Shown: one piece after another, positions 13,568 to 28,212 of the stretch
Layout: every line of letters starts with the position of its first letter
Numbering within the stretch: the stretch's first letter is position 1
Assembly: GCA_943704425.1 (NCBI GenBank)
Contig: CALSCP010001860.1
Coordinates: forward strand, 1 to 40,565
From: Ministeria vibrans ATCC 50519
Taxonomy: Eukaryota; Protista; Filasterea
Length of the DNA: 40,565 nt
Direction: 5' to 3'
The notes under the pieces: model-generated
Seen by the model: the letters and a program-made list of their open reading frames with translations, nothing else
Told to the model about the DNA's origin: nothing
The model's database searches: none
Translations under genes and position numbers: made by a program

Positions 13568-14150
13568 GCTGTGAGAAAGCGAACCAAGCCGACTTTAAGA
13601 GAGAGAGAGCAAGAAAGAGAGTGGTGTGTGAATAAGAGAGAGAGAGAGATCGATAGGGACAAACAGTGTGCGTGTTCAAATGAAAATCGAAATAAATTAT
13701 TATTATCAATCGCGCAAACAAAAAGCGACAGCACAAACAGCTCACAACTAAAAAATAATTGAGTTGAAAAACACAAACTATGATAGTTCATAGTTAGTAT
13801 TGTAATATTTGTTCACTCTTCATGGGACGAACACTCTCACAGTCACAGAATTCCTCTGAAACTGGCTGGTCGCGCCAACTACCGCAGCAACGCTGGTACG
13901 ACCGCATTGTCCATTGAATTAGATAGTCACTGTAACGACTGCCGCTACTCTTCATGCCTGGCGTAATGCTTTTCCCCACTTGCGACCAACATTTTCTCGC
14001 ACTTTTCGCCACAAATCTTCTGGCGACCCATTCAGCCAAGCTAGAGCAACTCCCCTTTCCCGTTTGTTACTACTACTTACTATCATGGTATATACAGGGC
14101 ATGAATGAACAGAGACATCTCCGGCGGACGTATTGGCCGGGTGCGAGGTG

Positions 14151-14192
14151 TTTCGCGAAATTTCTCGAAAAACATCCGTGAAAATTATAAAA
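14151..14192 (+). promoter_or_regulatory. Four-unit heat shock element plus TATA box (Hsp20 copy 2)
   Basis: tTTCgcGAAatTTCtcGAAa at 14151-14170; TATAAAA at 14186-14192. Confidence 0.88.
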
Positions 14193-14296
14193 GACCGCAA
14201 AAAATCGCACTTTATTCACTTTTTTTTCTCTCTTCCGTCTTTGAGAAACGTTAACCAACCCTCTCTACTACCTAAACCAGCCATCTATACATCATC

Positions 14297-14761
14297 ATGA
14301 GCTTCTACGACAGCTTCCGCAACCTCCACCGCATGATGGACCAAATGTCGCGCTTTGACTTCCCTGCCGTCGACTATCCGGCCGACAGTGGCGCATCTGC
14401 TGCGCTTGTGCCAGCGGCATCGCAGGAAGGACGCCTCAACCTGGATGTGCACGAAGACAGAGATGCCATTGTGGTGGCGGCCGACCTGCCTGGCTTCAAG
14501 AAGGACGAAGTCAAGGTGACATGTACCGACGGTGTGCTCACCATCACTGGCGACCGTGCCGGCTCGAGCGAGAAGGACGAGGAAGACGCGCAAGGCCGCA
14601 AGTGGCACGTGAAGGAATCGCACTCGGGCTGGGTCCAGCGCTCAGTGCGCCTTCCCAAGACCGCTGACGTCGACGGTGTCTCGACCACCTACGAGAACGG
14701 CCAGCTCAAACTGTCCTTTCCGAAGAAGGAGCACACCAACACCAAAACAATCGCTTTCTAA
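14297..14761 (+). CDS. Small heat shock protein (Hsp20), copy 2
   Basis: 154-aa translation identical to copy 1. Confidence 0.95.
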   Translation: MSFYDSFRNLHRMMDQMSRFDFPAVDYPADSGASAALVPAASQEGRLNLDVHEDRDAIVVAADLPGFKKDEVKVTCTDGVLTITGDRAGSSEKDEEDAQGRKWHVKESHSGWVQRSVRLPKTADVDGVSTTYENGQLKLSFPKKEHTNTKTIAF

Positions 14762-14894
14762 GCTGTGAGAAAGCGAACCAAGCCGACTTTAAGAGAGAGA
14801 GAGCAAGAAAGAGAGTGATGTGTGAATAAGAGAGAGAGAGAGATCGATAGGGACAAACAGTGTGCGTGTTCAAATGAAAATCGAAATAAATTGA

Positions 14895-14991
14895 NNNNNN
14901 NNNNNNNNNNNNNNNNNNNNNNNNNNNNNNNNNNNNNNNNNNNNNNNNNNNNNNNNNNNNNNNNNNNNNNNNNNNNNNNNNNNNNNNNNNN
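14895..14991. other. Assembly gap inside the Hsp20 tandem array
   Basis: N run; about 110 nt before and after the gap are the same sequence. Confidence 0.98.
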
Positions 14992-15148
14992 CCGACTTTA
15001 AGAGAGAGAGAGCAAGAAAGAGAGTGATGTGTGAATAAGAGAGAGAGAGAGATCGATAGGGACAAACAGTGTGCGTGTTCAAATGAAAATCGAAATAAAT
15101 TGAGTTGAAAAAACAAACCATGATAGTAGTATTGTAATAATTGTTCAC

Positions 15149-16009
15149 TCAGTGACCACCCTGATCGCCAAAGACCTTCTTGATGTCGTCGTTGTGGGGG
15201 TTGGTTGGAGGAATCCAAGAGGTCTCAGCCTTGAGCTTGTCCCACAGCTTGGCAGCACCGAGCCAGTTGCCTTGGGAGTTAGGGTGGAATCCATCCGACG
15301 GCTAAGAAAGAGAGGGCAAATGTTGAGAAGGAAATCTTTGATAGAGCAGGAAGGGGCGCACCTCGATAAGCTGGTAGATCTGACCGCCCTGGGCAACCCA
15401 GTCGTCGAGGACGTCGTTGATGACAGAGCCCACGTAGTGCAGGTCAAAGTTGGCGTACTTCTTGGTCTGCGTGATGTTAGAAAGCACTGCGTTGAGTTCG
15501 TTGCGGCGTTCCAGCGTCAGATTGCGCATGGTGTCGTTGCTGTTCATCCAGCCACGGCAGGGCGAGATGCTCAGACAGTTGAGCCAGTCGTAGAATGCCT
15601 CGTACGCTACAAAGAAGGCAATAAGTGCGAGGGTATGAACAGACATCAAGGCGTACTGATGTCGCTGTTGAGGACACCGAGGGGATGGTAGCGTTTGGCA
15701 AGACCGTCAAAGAGGGGACGGCCATCGGCAAGGCCTGCCACAGCGACATGGGAACCCTTGGGCAGACGTGTGTCGAGGAAGTCAAGTGCAGCCTACGAGT
15801 GAATAAGTCAGTGTGAGTGTCTCCGTCACTGTCCTCCTCCCCTCTCCCTTTTTTGTCCGTACCACTACGTTGACGTACATATCGTCAGGGGTGGTCATGT
15901 GGCTGGTGCCCGGGTGACCGTTGCACACGTCGTTGCCCACCAGCGCATACAATCCCAGCACCGGACGGTCGGACGGCTCACGCGCAATCCCACGGATGAT
16001 GGTTGCATT
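15149..16009 (-). CDS. AOAH: Acyloxyacyl hydrolase (LPS deacylase, GDSL/SGNH family), last four exons only; 5' part absent
   Basis: Spliced translation: YALVGNDVCNGHPGTSHMTTPDDMYVNVV|AALDFLDTRLPKGSHV...GLADGRPLFDGLAKRYHPLG...|YEAFYDWLNCLSISPCRGWMNSNDTMRNLT...WVAQGGQIYQLIE|PSDGFHPN...KKVFGDQGGH-stop. This matches the AOAH C-terminus (GNDVC, DGFHPN, FGDQGGH). Confidence 0.92.
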
Positions 16010-16023
16010 CTAACAAAAAAAAA

Positions 16024-16032
16024 NNNNNNNNN

Positions 16033-16087
<55 letters not shown>

Positions 16088-16103
16088 GTGTGTGTGTGTG
16101 TGT
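16024..16103. repeat. 9-N gap followed by (GA)n and (GT)n at the right boundary of the nested block
   Basis: Directly visible in the sequence. Confidence 0.95.
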
Positions 16104-16170
16104 GATGTTGATTGATTGACAGAGAGGGACACACATTCACCCTTGCGCGCCTTCCCTTTTCTCACCTCAG

Positions 16171-16732
16171 AGTGGCACATGCACCCTGCGCGAGGCAGTC
16201 ATCGTGGGGTCTGTCCTGGCCAAGGTCAGTGCCCCTGTCCTCCATGCTGCCGCTGCCATGCTTAAAATTGCCGAAATGGACTACACTGGTACCCACTTAT
16301 ACAATTATCTTGTATATACATACTTACACACCCGGCTGACCTGTATGATTATTCAGGGGCCAATTCCATCTTCTTGCGCATTCTGCTCAACAAAAAGTAT
16401 GCTCTTCCCTTCCGCGTCATTGATGCGCTGGTGTACCATTTTCTCAGGTATCGCAACCATATATGCATTGTGTTTACGACTTCTACCCTTTTCGTACTGA
16501 ACCCTTTTGCGTTAGGTTCGAGAACGACTCGCGCGAAATGCCCGTTCTCTGGCATCAGTGTCTCTTGGTCTTTGTGCAGCGTTACAAGAGCGACATTGCT
16601 GTCGAGCAGAAGGAGGCCCTGCTGGGCCTGCTCCGTCGCAAGTCTCACCCGGGCGTCACACCTGCCATTCGCTTTGAAATTGTCCACTCGGAGTCGCGCG
16701 GTGGTCAGCAACCAATGGAGATGGAAGAATAG
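16171..16732 (+). CDS. BYSL: Bystin / Enp1, last three exons
   Basis: After the acceptor ctcacctcag (16170): [40 protein letters not shown]|[29 protein letters not shown]|[25 protein letters not shown]...[12 protein letters not shown]. Confidence 0.93.
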
Positions 16733-16828
16733 AATACAATTAACGCACTTATGAAAATAGTATACAAATACTATACTAATATTTTTATTTATTTATTCGA
16801 CGTGTTCGCTTTCGTCACAGACCAAGCG

Positions 16829-18293
16829 ATGGCACGCACCAAGGTAGCCATCTTGGCGATCCTTATTGCGGCGATGGTTCTCGTCACTCTGTCGCAGTTT
16901 CATTTCCACACTCTCCATGCCACATCGGACGACGCTACGACCATCACTGCACAACAACCACAACGCGCTCCTTCTTTTCCACCTCTTCTCATCCCGCCTC
17001 CTGTCGCCAACGCGGCGCCTCCGGCTGTACAGCAGAACACGGTCGAAACGCAACGGACCGATCAGAGCCACACTGATGCGCCTGCCGAGGCGAACGACGC
17101 TCACGCCGATCCCCCCAGCATTGTCGATGGCAAGGAAGCCGGGCAGGACCATCGCGATGAAGCCCAGGTGGAGCATCGGCTCGTCAATGTCGAAGACCAT
17201 CAAAATGTTTACAACGCCGATCGTTTCTACACCGACGACCACTGCCACGAGTACACCGACCCCAAGGCCATTGTGTCACTGCCTCCAATGGATCCCATGC
17301 CGACCATTGCCGACCCGGCGCTGTGGAACCAGCACACCGACATTGACTTCTACAAGTGCAGCAGTGTGTACTTCAACCTAAACCGCATCGCTCTGCAAGA
17401 GCAGCTCGCTCGTCTCCACAACCTTTCCCGTCTCAAAAACTACTACATTGGTTGCTACACAAGTCCCAAGCCCGACAACAACAACATTGTGCTTGTTGAT
17501 ATGGAAGTTGGAGGAAAGGTACCACCGCATACTTTCTCACTCACATTCACTCACACACACGCGCACGCTTCTTCCATGTCTATCTAATTCGTAGTCGTTA
17601 CCATTTGCCGAGCGCGCCAAAGCAATCCTTGACTACTCAATGGAGCGGGTGTGCCATCCTGTCAAACCCTTGAAGGGCGCGCACACGTACATGCCTCTGT
17701 TTGAAATGATCAGTCTCACTCTGTTTCCTGCACTCAAACCGGGCGCCCCGATTGATCTGGACGCCATGGACTGGTCGCTGACTCATCAGGTACCAGAATT
17801 GGTAGAGACGGCACGTGCACCAGAGTACGACTTTGTCTTCTTCGGCATGATGAACGAACGTCGCATCAATATGGAGAAGCGTCTGCGTAAAGAGACGTCG
17901 CTCAAGTTCCTCATGAAGACCTTCTCCATTGGGTTTGAGACAAAGGAGCAGCGCGACGCCGTCAGCAAGGCCAAATTTATCTTGTGCATGCACTACTACA
18001 CGCCCCGGATTGCGTCGCTCGAAGTCCACCGTATCAATCCAATGCTTGCGCGCGGTATGTGTGTCCTTGGCGAGCGCGGCAACGACCCGCTCACAAACCG
18101 CATGTACAAGGAGCAGGCGGGCCTCACCCTCGTCGACTACGACGACCTTCCCGCCGCTCTCGTCGCCCTGGCCACCAACAAAACTCGTCTTGAGCTCTGC
18201 CGTCGCACCGGCTACCAGTTTATCGTCAACAAGCGCCTCAACTACCCTCATTTCTTACACGCTGCCGTCAATCAAATGCCCCCTGTCACCTAG
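16829..18293 (+). CDS. Type II membrane glycosyltransferase-like protein (GT-B-like C-terminus); 2 exons
   Basis: N-terminal anchor VAILAILIAAMVLVTL, Pro-rich stem, intron 17519-17594 (phase 0), C-terminal YDFVFFGMMNERR...SKAKFILCMHYY...LEVHRINPMLARGMCVLGE. Confidence 0.6.
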
Positions 18294-18495
18294 TAGATAT
18301 TATAATCCTCATGATAACTATGTATCTATACATAATAATATAGTCGTACTGTTTGTGAGTATTTAAACAAAGAAAAAGAAGAAAAGTTGGTTAATTTTAC
18401 TCGAGAGACGGACAAAAGAAGCCGACGTCTCTCACATTCACACTCACACACGCTGTTAATGCACTCTCTGACGCACTCACTCTGAGCGTCATTAA

Positions 18496-22773
<4,278 letters not shown>

Positions 22774-23209
22774 CGGGTGGCAAAGAAAGAAAGACTACGC
22801 AAAGGCCAACGGGGGGTGTATAACTAATGTCGAGAGGAGGGCGCAGACGGATGAAAAACGCACTGGGAAATTTTATTCATGATCGGAAGAAATCGTGTCT
22901 CAAACTTCACTTATAACATGAGCTAAGCACTTTGTGGTTTGGAGTGCCCCAGACAGATCAGTGCTCCCAAACAACCCGCCTCCTTTCCTAAAACATAGCA
23001 GGGTAGCAGTCGTTGGTTGCTTGTCTGCTTTTGGCGTTGTTCACTTCACCGTCTGTCTTAAATCGACCAAAGTCACACACACCAAAAGTTGAATAACGGG
23101 ATTTCACTAATTTGATTAGCACTTCAATTCTTCCTTCTACCCCACGCGCTCGTCTGGCCCCCTCCTGCTCCTCCTCGCACACCAAACCCCGTGACTTACA
23201 CGCGTCACC

Positions 23210-24242
23210 ATGGACTTCGCCGGCCAGTATGCTCCTGGCAGGCCTGCAGCCCAACCGACGACGGTATGTGACAAGCGTCTCTTTTTTGGCGTTGCACCCC
23301 GATCGCTTCTCGCCTTCCTACCGACTCCCCGCGCGGGTTTTTCTCTCTCACCCATCCCCACCCGCACCACGACCAATCCTACCGGCCGGCCTCCATCGCC
23401 AATCCGCTCCTGTTGCTCCCCCCAGTGCAGTTGTCGAACCTTTCATCCTGCGTGGCTCTTTCTGCCCACCCCCCGCGTCTCATTCCCGCTCTACTCCCCC
23501 CCACATGCTCCTATGTCCCCATGCCTCTATTCCCACCCTCCTGTCTTCTTCAATTTCAGGCGCTCTCGCCTCTTCCCTATTTTTTTTTTTTCTCGATTCT
23601 CGATTTCAAACTCGGGAGCACTTCCAGACACTTTTATGAGGCCGGCATTGTTTGTGCCATGCTCACACCACACCACACCTTGCAAACTCGTGTCTCCACC
23701 TTTCAAACGTCCCTTTCTGGCCCCATATGCAAATCGTTTTTTTTTATTTTTTTTTCTTATTAATATTTTTGGCCTTTTTTTTCAGCTTGAGACACTCGCC
23801 ACTCCCTCTCCCACACTCTCCGACTCAGTGCACTCATCAGAGTCTATGAATGTCGGCATGGCGACCGGTGGGCAGTTTTCATCGGGCGTCAATCGGTTTC
23901 GGGACTCCTCTCCTGAAACGTCACTGTCGCCTGGACAGTCTCTTTCGCCTTCCGACGGATCGAAGCAGTCATCGTCGCTCTCGCCCGAATCCGACGATTC
24001 CGCCAACTTTGTCTACAACCAAGCTATGAGTGTCGATCCAGTAGTACCTCTGGACGACGTGATGGCGTATGCGGCTGTGAACGAACTCACAAACGACGAC
24101 TTTGCGCTTTCGTTTGCTACCGACCAAACAGCGCTTCCACCCCACCAACACCAACAACCACAACCACACCAACAGCACCACCAACAACAACGCCAGCCTC
24201 CATCACAACCAATGCATTACGACACGCCGCTGTACCACGACC

Positions 24243-24274
<32 letters not shown>

Positions 24275-27200
24275 CAACAGCAGCAGCAACAACAACAAAT
24301 GTTGGAAATGATTACCATGCAACCTACCAATGGTCTTGCGTCTCCACAATCATTTCCTCTCGGCCCTATGATGCCCTCACTCGAGCCCGTCGTGGTCGAA
24401 CCTATTGCCTTGCCCACACCCACCAGCCACCAGACATCATCGTTTGACGCAACAAGTGCACGCGCTCCTTCACGCAAGCGCGCCCGTGCCTCCGCTTCCA
24501 AACCCAACTCACGCACCACGAAGCCTGCTGCTTCTGCCGCCGCCGCCGCTGCTGCTGCTGCTGCTCCTGCCGTGACCACCACGACGAGTGTGCACAGTGG
24601 CGACGTGGACGATGGATACGACGACGACGACGACGGCGCCACCACCATTGTGGCGCAAGGGCAAGCGGCGAATTTTGCGCCATCGACCAACGGTAGCGAC
24701 AGTGGCGCCCCCAAACTGCTCGGCTTTGCTCCCTCGGCGCGCGTGTTTCCTTGCGTTGCTCTGCAGTCGGACGCCAGCGATGCCTGCCCCGTCTCCATGG
24801 CCGTCAACGCCGACAAAGGATTCAGCTTCTCCGTCTTTGACGGTTCCTTTGTGTGCCAGCGCAAAAACCACTTTCAAATCACGGTCGACATTCTCGCCCC
24901 ACATCTGCCCCAATTCGTCGAGGTGACCGACCCCACCACAGGCCAGGCTGTGTGGGCGCCCATCCAGCGTTTGGGTCTGTGGGCGCGAGGTCTCAAGGTG
25001 CAAACGCCCGGCGAGACGGTCGAACTCGAAAAATCCCTTGCAGATCGTAGCAAGGTGCCCTTCACCGAGTACGCTCTGGACGAGTCGTCGTGCGACGTTC
25101 GTCGTGGTCTCTCGACACGCGCCACCATCCAGAGACTACACTTTTGCGAGACGACCGCTCACAACAACCGTCGTCGGGGCAAGCCAAACCCGCTTCAGAT
25201 GCACTTTAGTCTTGAGGTGACTCTTCGCGCGTACACTGCGCTCACAGGTGACATCCCTATCGATCTGGCCGCATGTGAATCCCAGCCCATCATTGTGCGC
25301 TCGTCCTCTCACGAAAAGTTCACCATTGACGATCCCGGTTGGCACATCAGCCAGACTGCTGGCTCCGTTGTGCACACCGGGAATGTCGGTATCAACACGG
25401 AGCACCCCGACGAGGCGCTCGTGGTACATGGCAACATCAAGGTGACCGGTGTCATTATGCAGCCTAGCGACCGTCGCATCAAGGAAGACATTGTGCCGGT
25501 GGACACGGAAGCGCAGCTCTCGCGCATTGAGGCGCTCCAGCTCTACGACTACCGTTTGCGCGACTCGTGGCGCGAGGCCACCGGACGTGATCAGCCCGAA
25601 CACGAACGCGACGTGGGCGTCCTCGCTCAGGAACTCCGCGAAGTTATTCCCACGGCGGTCACCGTGTGTCCCGGCGCGCCTATTGCAGACAAGCCAGAGC
25701 TTGCCGACGAGTCAGGCGAACCCATTCGCGATCTTTTGGTGGTCAATCCTCAGCGTGTTTTCATGGAAAGTGTCGGTGCCGTGCAGGAGCTTGCAAAGCG
25801 TACACGAAATCTGGAGGCACGTGTTGATCGTATCGACCACGACAATGTGTACGGTGCGGCCGCTGGTGCGGCCATCGTTTCCGACGAGAGCATTCAAAAC
25901 GCTCCCACCACTACTCCCCGTTCGTCCAACCTTCCTCTGCCATTTGCGCGCCACTTGCTGGACGCTGAAGATCTCGGTGCGGATGGCGACCAGGCGGTTC
26001 AGCAAGACGATGATGTCTTCGACGACAGCGACGCCAACGTGCATTCTTGGATGAACGGTGAAGATAGCCCCGCCGTGACCGCGGCAAGTCTCAAACGGGG
26101 TCTCCAGCAGCAGCAGCAGCCAGGCGGACATAATGCGCGATTTTGGCGTCGTTCGCGCACCGTCAGCTCTTCATCGCGTGAGAGCGGTGATCGAAACTCG
26201 TTCGAGTCGCCTCGACAGCTCAGCGAGGACCTTCAAGAACAACAAGCGATGTCGCACATGGTGCGTTGCGACGGCGATGGTGCACTCATTGTCACGACGC
26301 CAAGCACTGACTCGCGGATCACTCGATCGCTATCGTCGGGCAGCACGCTGCGTGGCAGCTCAAGCAAAACGTCCGTTAGCACGCCACGTCGGCAATCGAT
26401 GTTGCAACACGTCTCCACTCGCTGCCTTCTTATTGCCCTGCTTGCCATTGCGACTGTCGCCGCCGCGGCCGGTACCACTGGCTACCTCGTGAGCAACTCG
26501 TCAGCGAGCGCCTCGTCGTCCTCCATTGCCAGTCGACCTGCCCCATCCATGGCCCTTGTGGGTACCCCGCAACTTCAAATGCGCCTTGGCGAGCCCTACA
26601 CCGAACTGGGTGCAACAGCCGTTGACGCACTCGGCACAAATATCACGCATCTCGTGCAGTACCCTGAGTCACCGCCCGACGAAGTGGGCGTCTACCAGCT
26701 TGTGTACCGCGTTGTCGATGCCCTCGGTACGACGGCAAACACAACACGCACCGTCAATATAGTCCCCGCCACGTGTACACCGGCGTGCGACAACAAAGGT
26801 GTATGTAGCATCACCGGTTGCCGTTGCTTATCCGGCTGGTGTGGTCCCATCTGTAATGAGCCCGTGTGCAGTACGTGCACAAACAATGGAATGTGTGTTG
26901 CACCGGAAACGTGTGTTTGTTCATCATCCGATTGGACCGGTCCTGGCTGCGACCAGGCTTCCGGCTCCAACCCCTACCTTGACACACTGCACGTCGCCAC
27001 GGTGCTTCCGCCCAATGTGCTCACGCCCAGCACCTTTTCGCACCTTGTCCGTGACTACACCCTTCGCCTGGACAACACGTCGACCCTGATGGAAATCACG
27101 ACTCACGTCAAGATGCTACTGCGCCCGGCAAACCCCGAGTTGTCCATCACGCTGTGTTCCTCCACTCGCTGTGGCTGTTCGCTTGGCGTCGAGGCGCAGA

Positions 27201-27787
27201 GTGAAGTCTCTTTTGGCGTTTTGCCGAGCTTTGAATTTGATTTGCTTCTTCGCACTGGCACCACCACGCTGACGTTTGCCGTGGTGACCGACTCGCAAAC
27301 GCCCGAATCGGTCTGCCAAAATGATGCGCACTTCAAGTATACTTTCTCCACGGCCGTCCAGTGCCCCGAAGTTTCTTACTTCTGTGCCCCGTCGCTCCCC
27401 GAGCAAATCGAACAGCCTGCACCTGCGCCCACGTCGGCTGTCGCTGCCGCAGTCGCTGGTCCCACTTCGGCCTTGCCCGTTGCCGCTCCGGCCTTTGTCG
27501 CGACGGCCACTGCAGTCGCCACCACCGTCGCTGTCGCTGCCCAGCCGTCGACCGCTTCATCGGAGAATCCCACACCCGAGGGCGACGAACGCCAATTGCC
27601 GTATGAAGAGCCGGCTGTGGAACCCTACACGACCACCGTTGCACCTCTTCCCGACGATGCCCGACCGCTCTCGAACGCCGCCGCCACTACGGCAGCAGAT
27701 GAAGTACCAGCAGCCGGGTCCCCACGTATGTCGTCTTCTTTTGATGTTCCTGCCGACGACGCAAGTGCCGATCGCATTTTTGAATGA
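23210..27787 (+). CDS. MYRF: Myelin regulatory factor homolog: Ndt80/PhoG DBD, ICA (peptidase S74) autocleavage domain, TM helix, extended luminal region
   Basis: DBD motifs ADKGFSFSVFDGSFVCQRKNHFQITV, RLHFCETTAHNNRRRGKPNP and SQPIIVR; GNVGINTEHPDEALVVHGNIKVTG; QPSDRRIK (Ser codon 25466, Lys codon 25481); GVLAQEL; RVFMESVGAVQEL coiled coil; TM CLLIALLAIATVAAAAGTTGYLV. Probable intron at 23264-23785. Confidence 0.93.
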
Positions 27788-28212
27788 TTTTTATTTTCCG
27801 CACTCTAGTCACCATTTATGCAATATTATTAATATAATAATTATATTATTCTTATTTCTCTCCTTGAGTAAACATTTCGCTTCATTTATTCCCTAATAAT
27901 AATTATTATATTTTAACTGTTCACTTTATTGATAGAGAAAATTATTAATATTTGTCTGGGTTCCAAGATTGGACAGCCTTCACTGAGTCAGTGAGCCTTG
28001 CCGGCTGGGTATACCGTCGCGACAGTTTCTTAATAGAGAGCTGTCCTCAACAAGGGATTTTTTTTAATTTGATCCCAGTCAACAGCAATAAATTAATAAT
28101 AATAAAATTATACCATTCTTATGATTATGATAAGAATAATGTTAAACAAACCATTATTCAAAGTTCAAAAATAAAATAAAAAAAACCCAAAATAAATCTT
28201 TTTTGGCTTCCC

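Larger units (their letters stand above)
12625..15150 (+). repeat. Tandem duplication, unit about 1194 bp (Hsp20 promoter, CDS and 3' flank), at least two copies
   Basis: About 12625-13818 is repeated from about 13819 at a constant 1194-nt offset (ATG 13103 vs 14297). The 3' flank reappears after the N gap at 14895-14991. Confidence 0.95.

Noticed and set aside
25380-25840. Phage tailspike chaperone (S74) domain as evidence of a prophage or recent viral insertion
   Set aside because: It is the standard ICA domain embedded in MYRF; no other viral genes are present.
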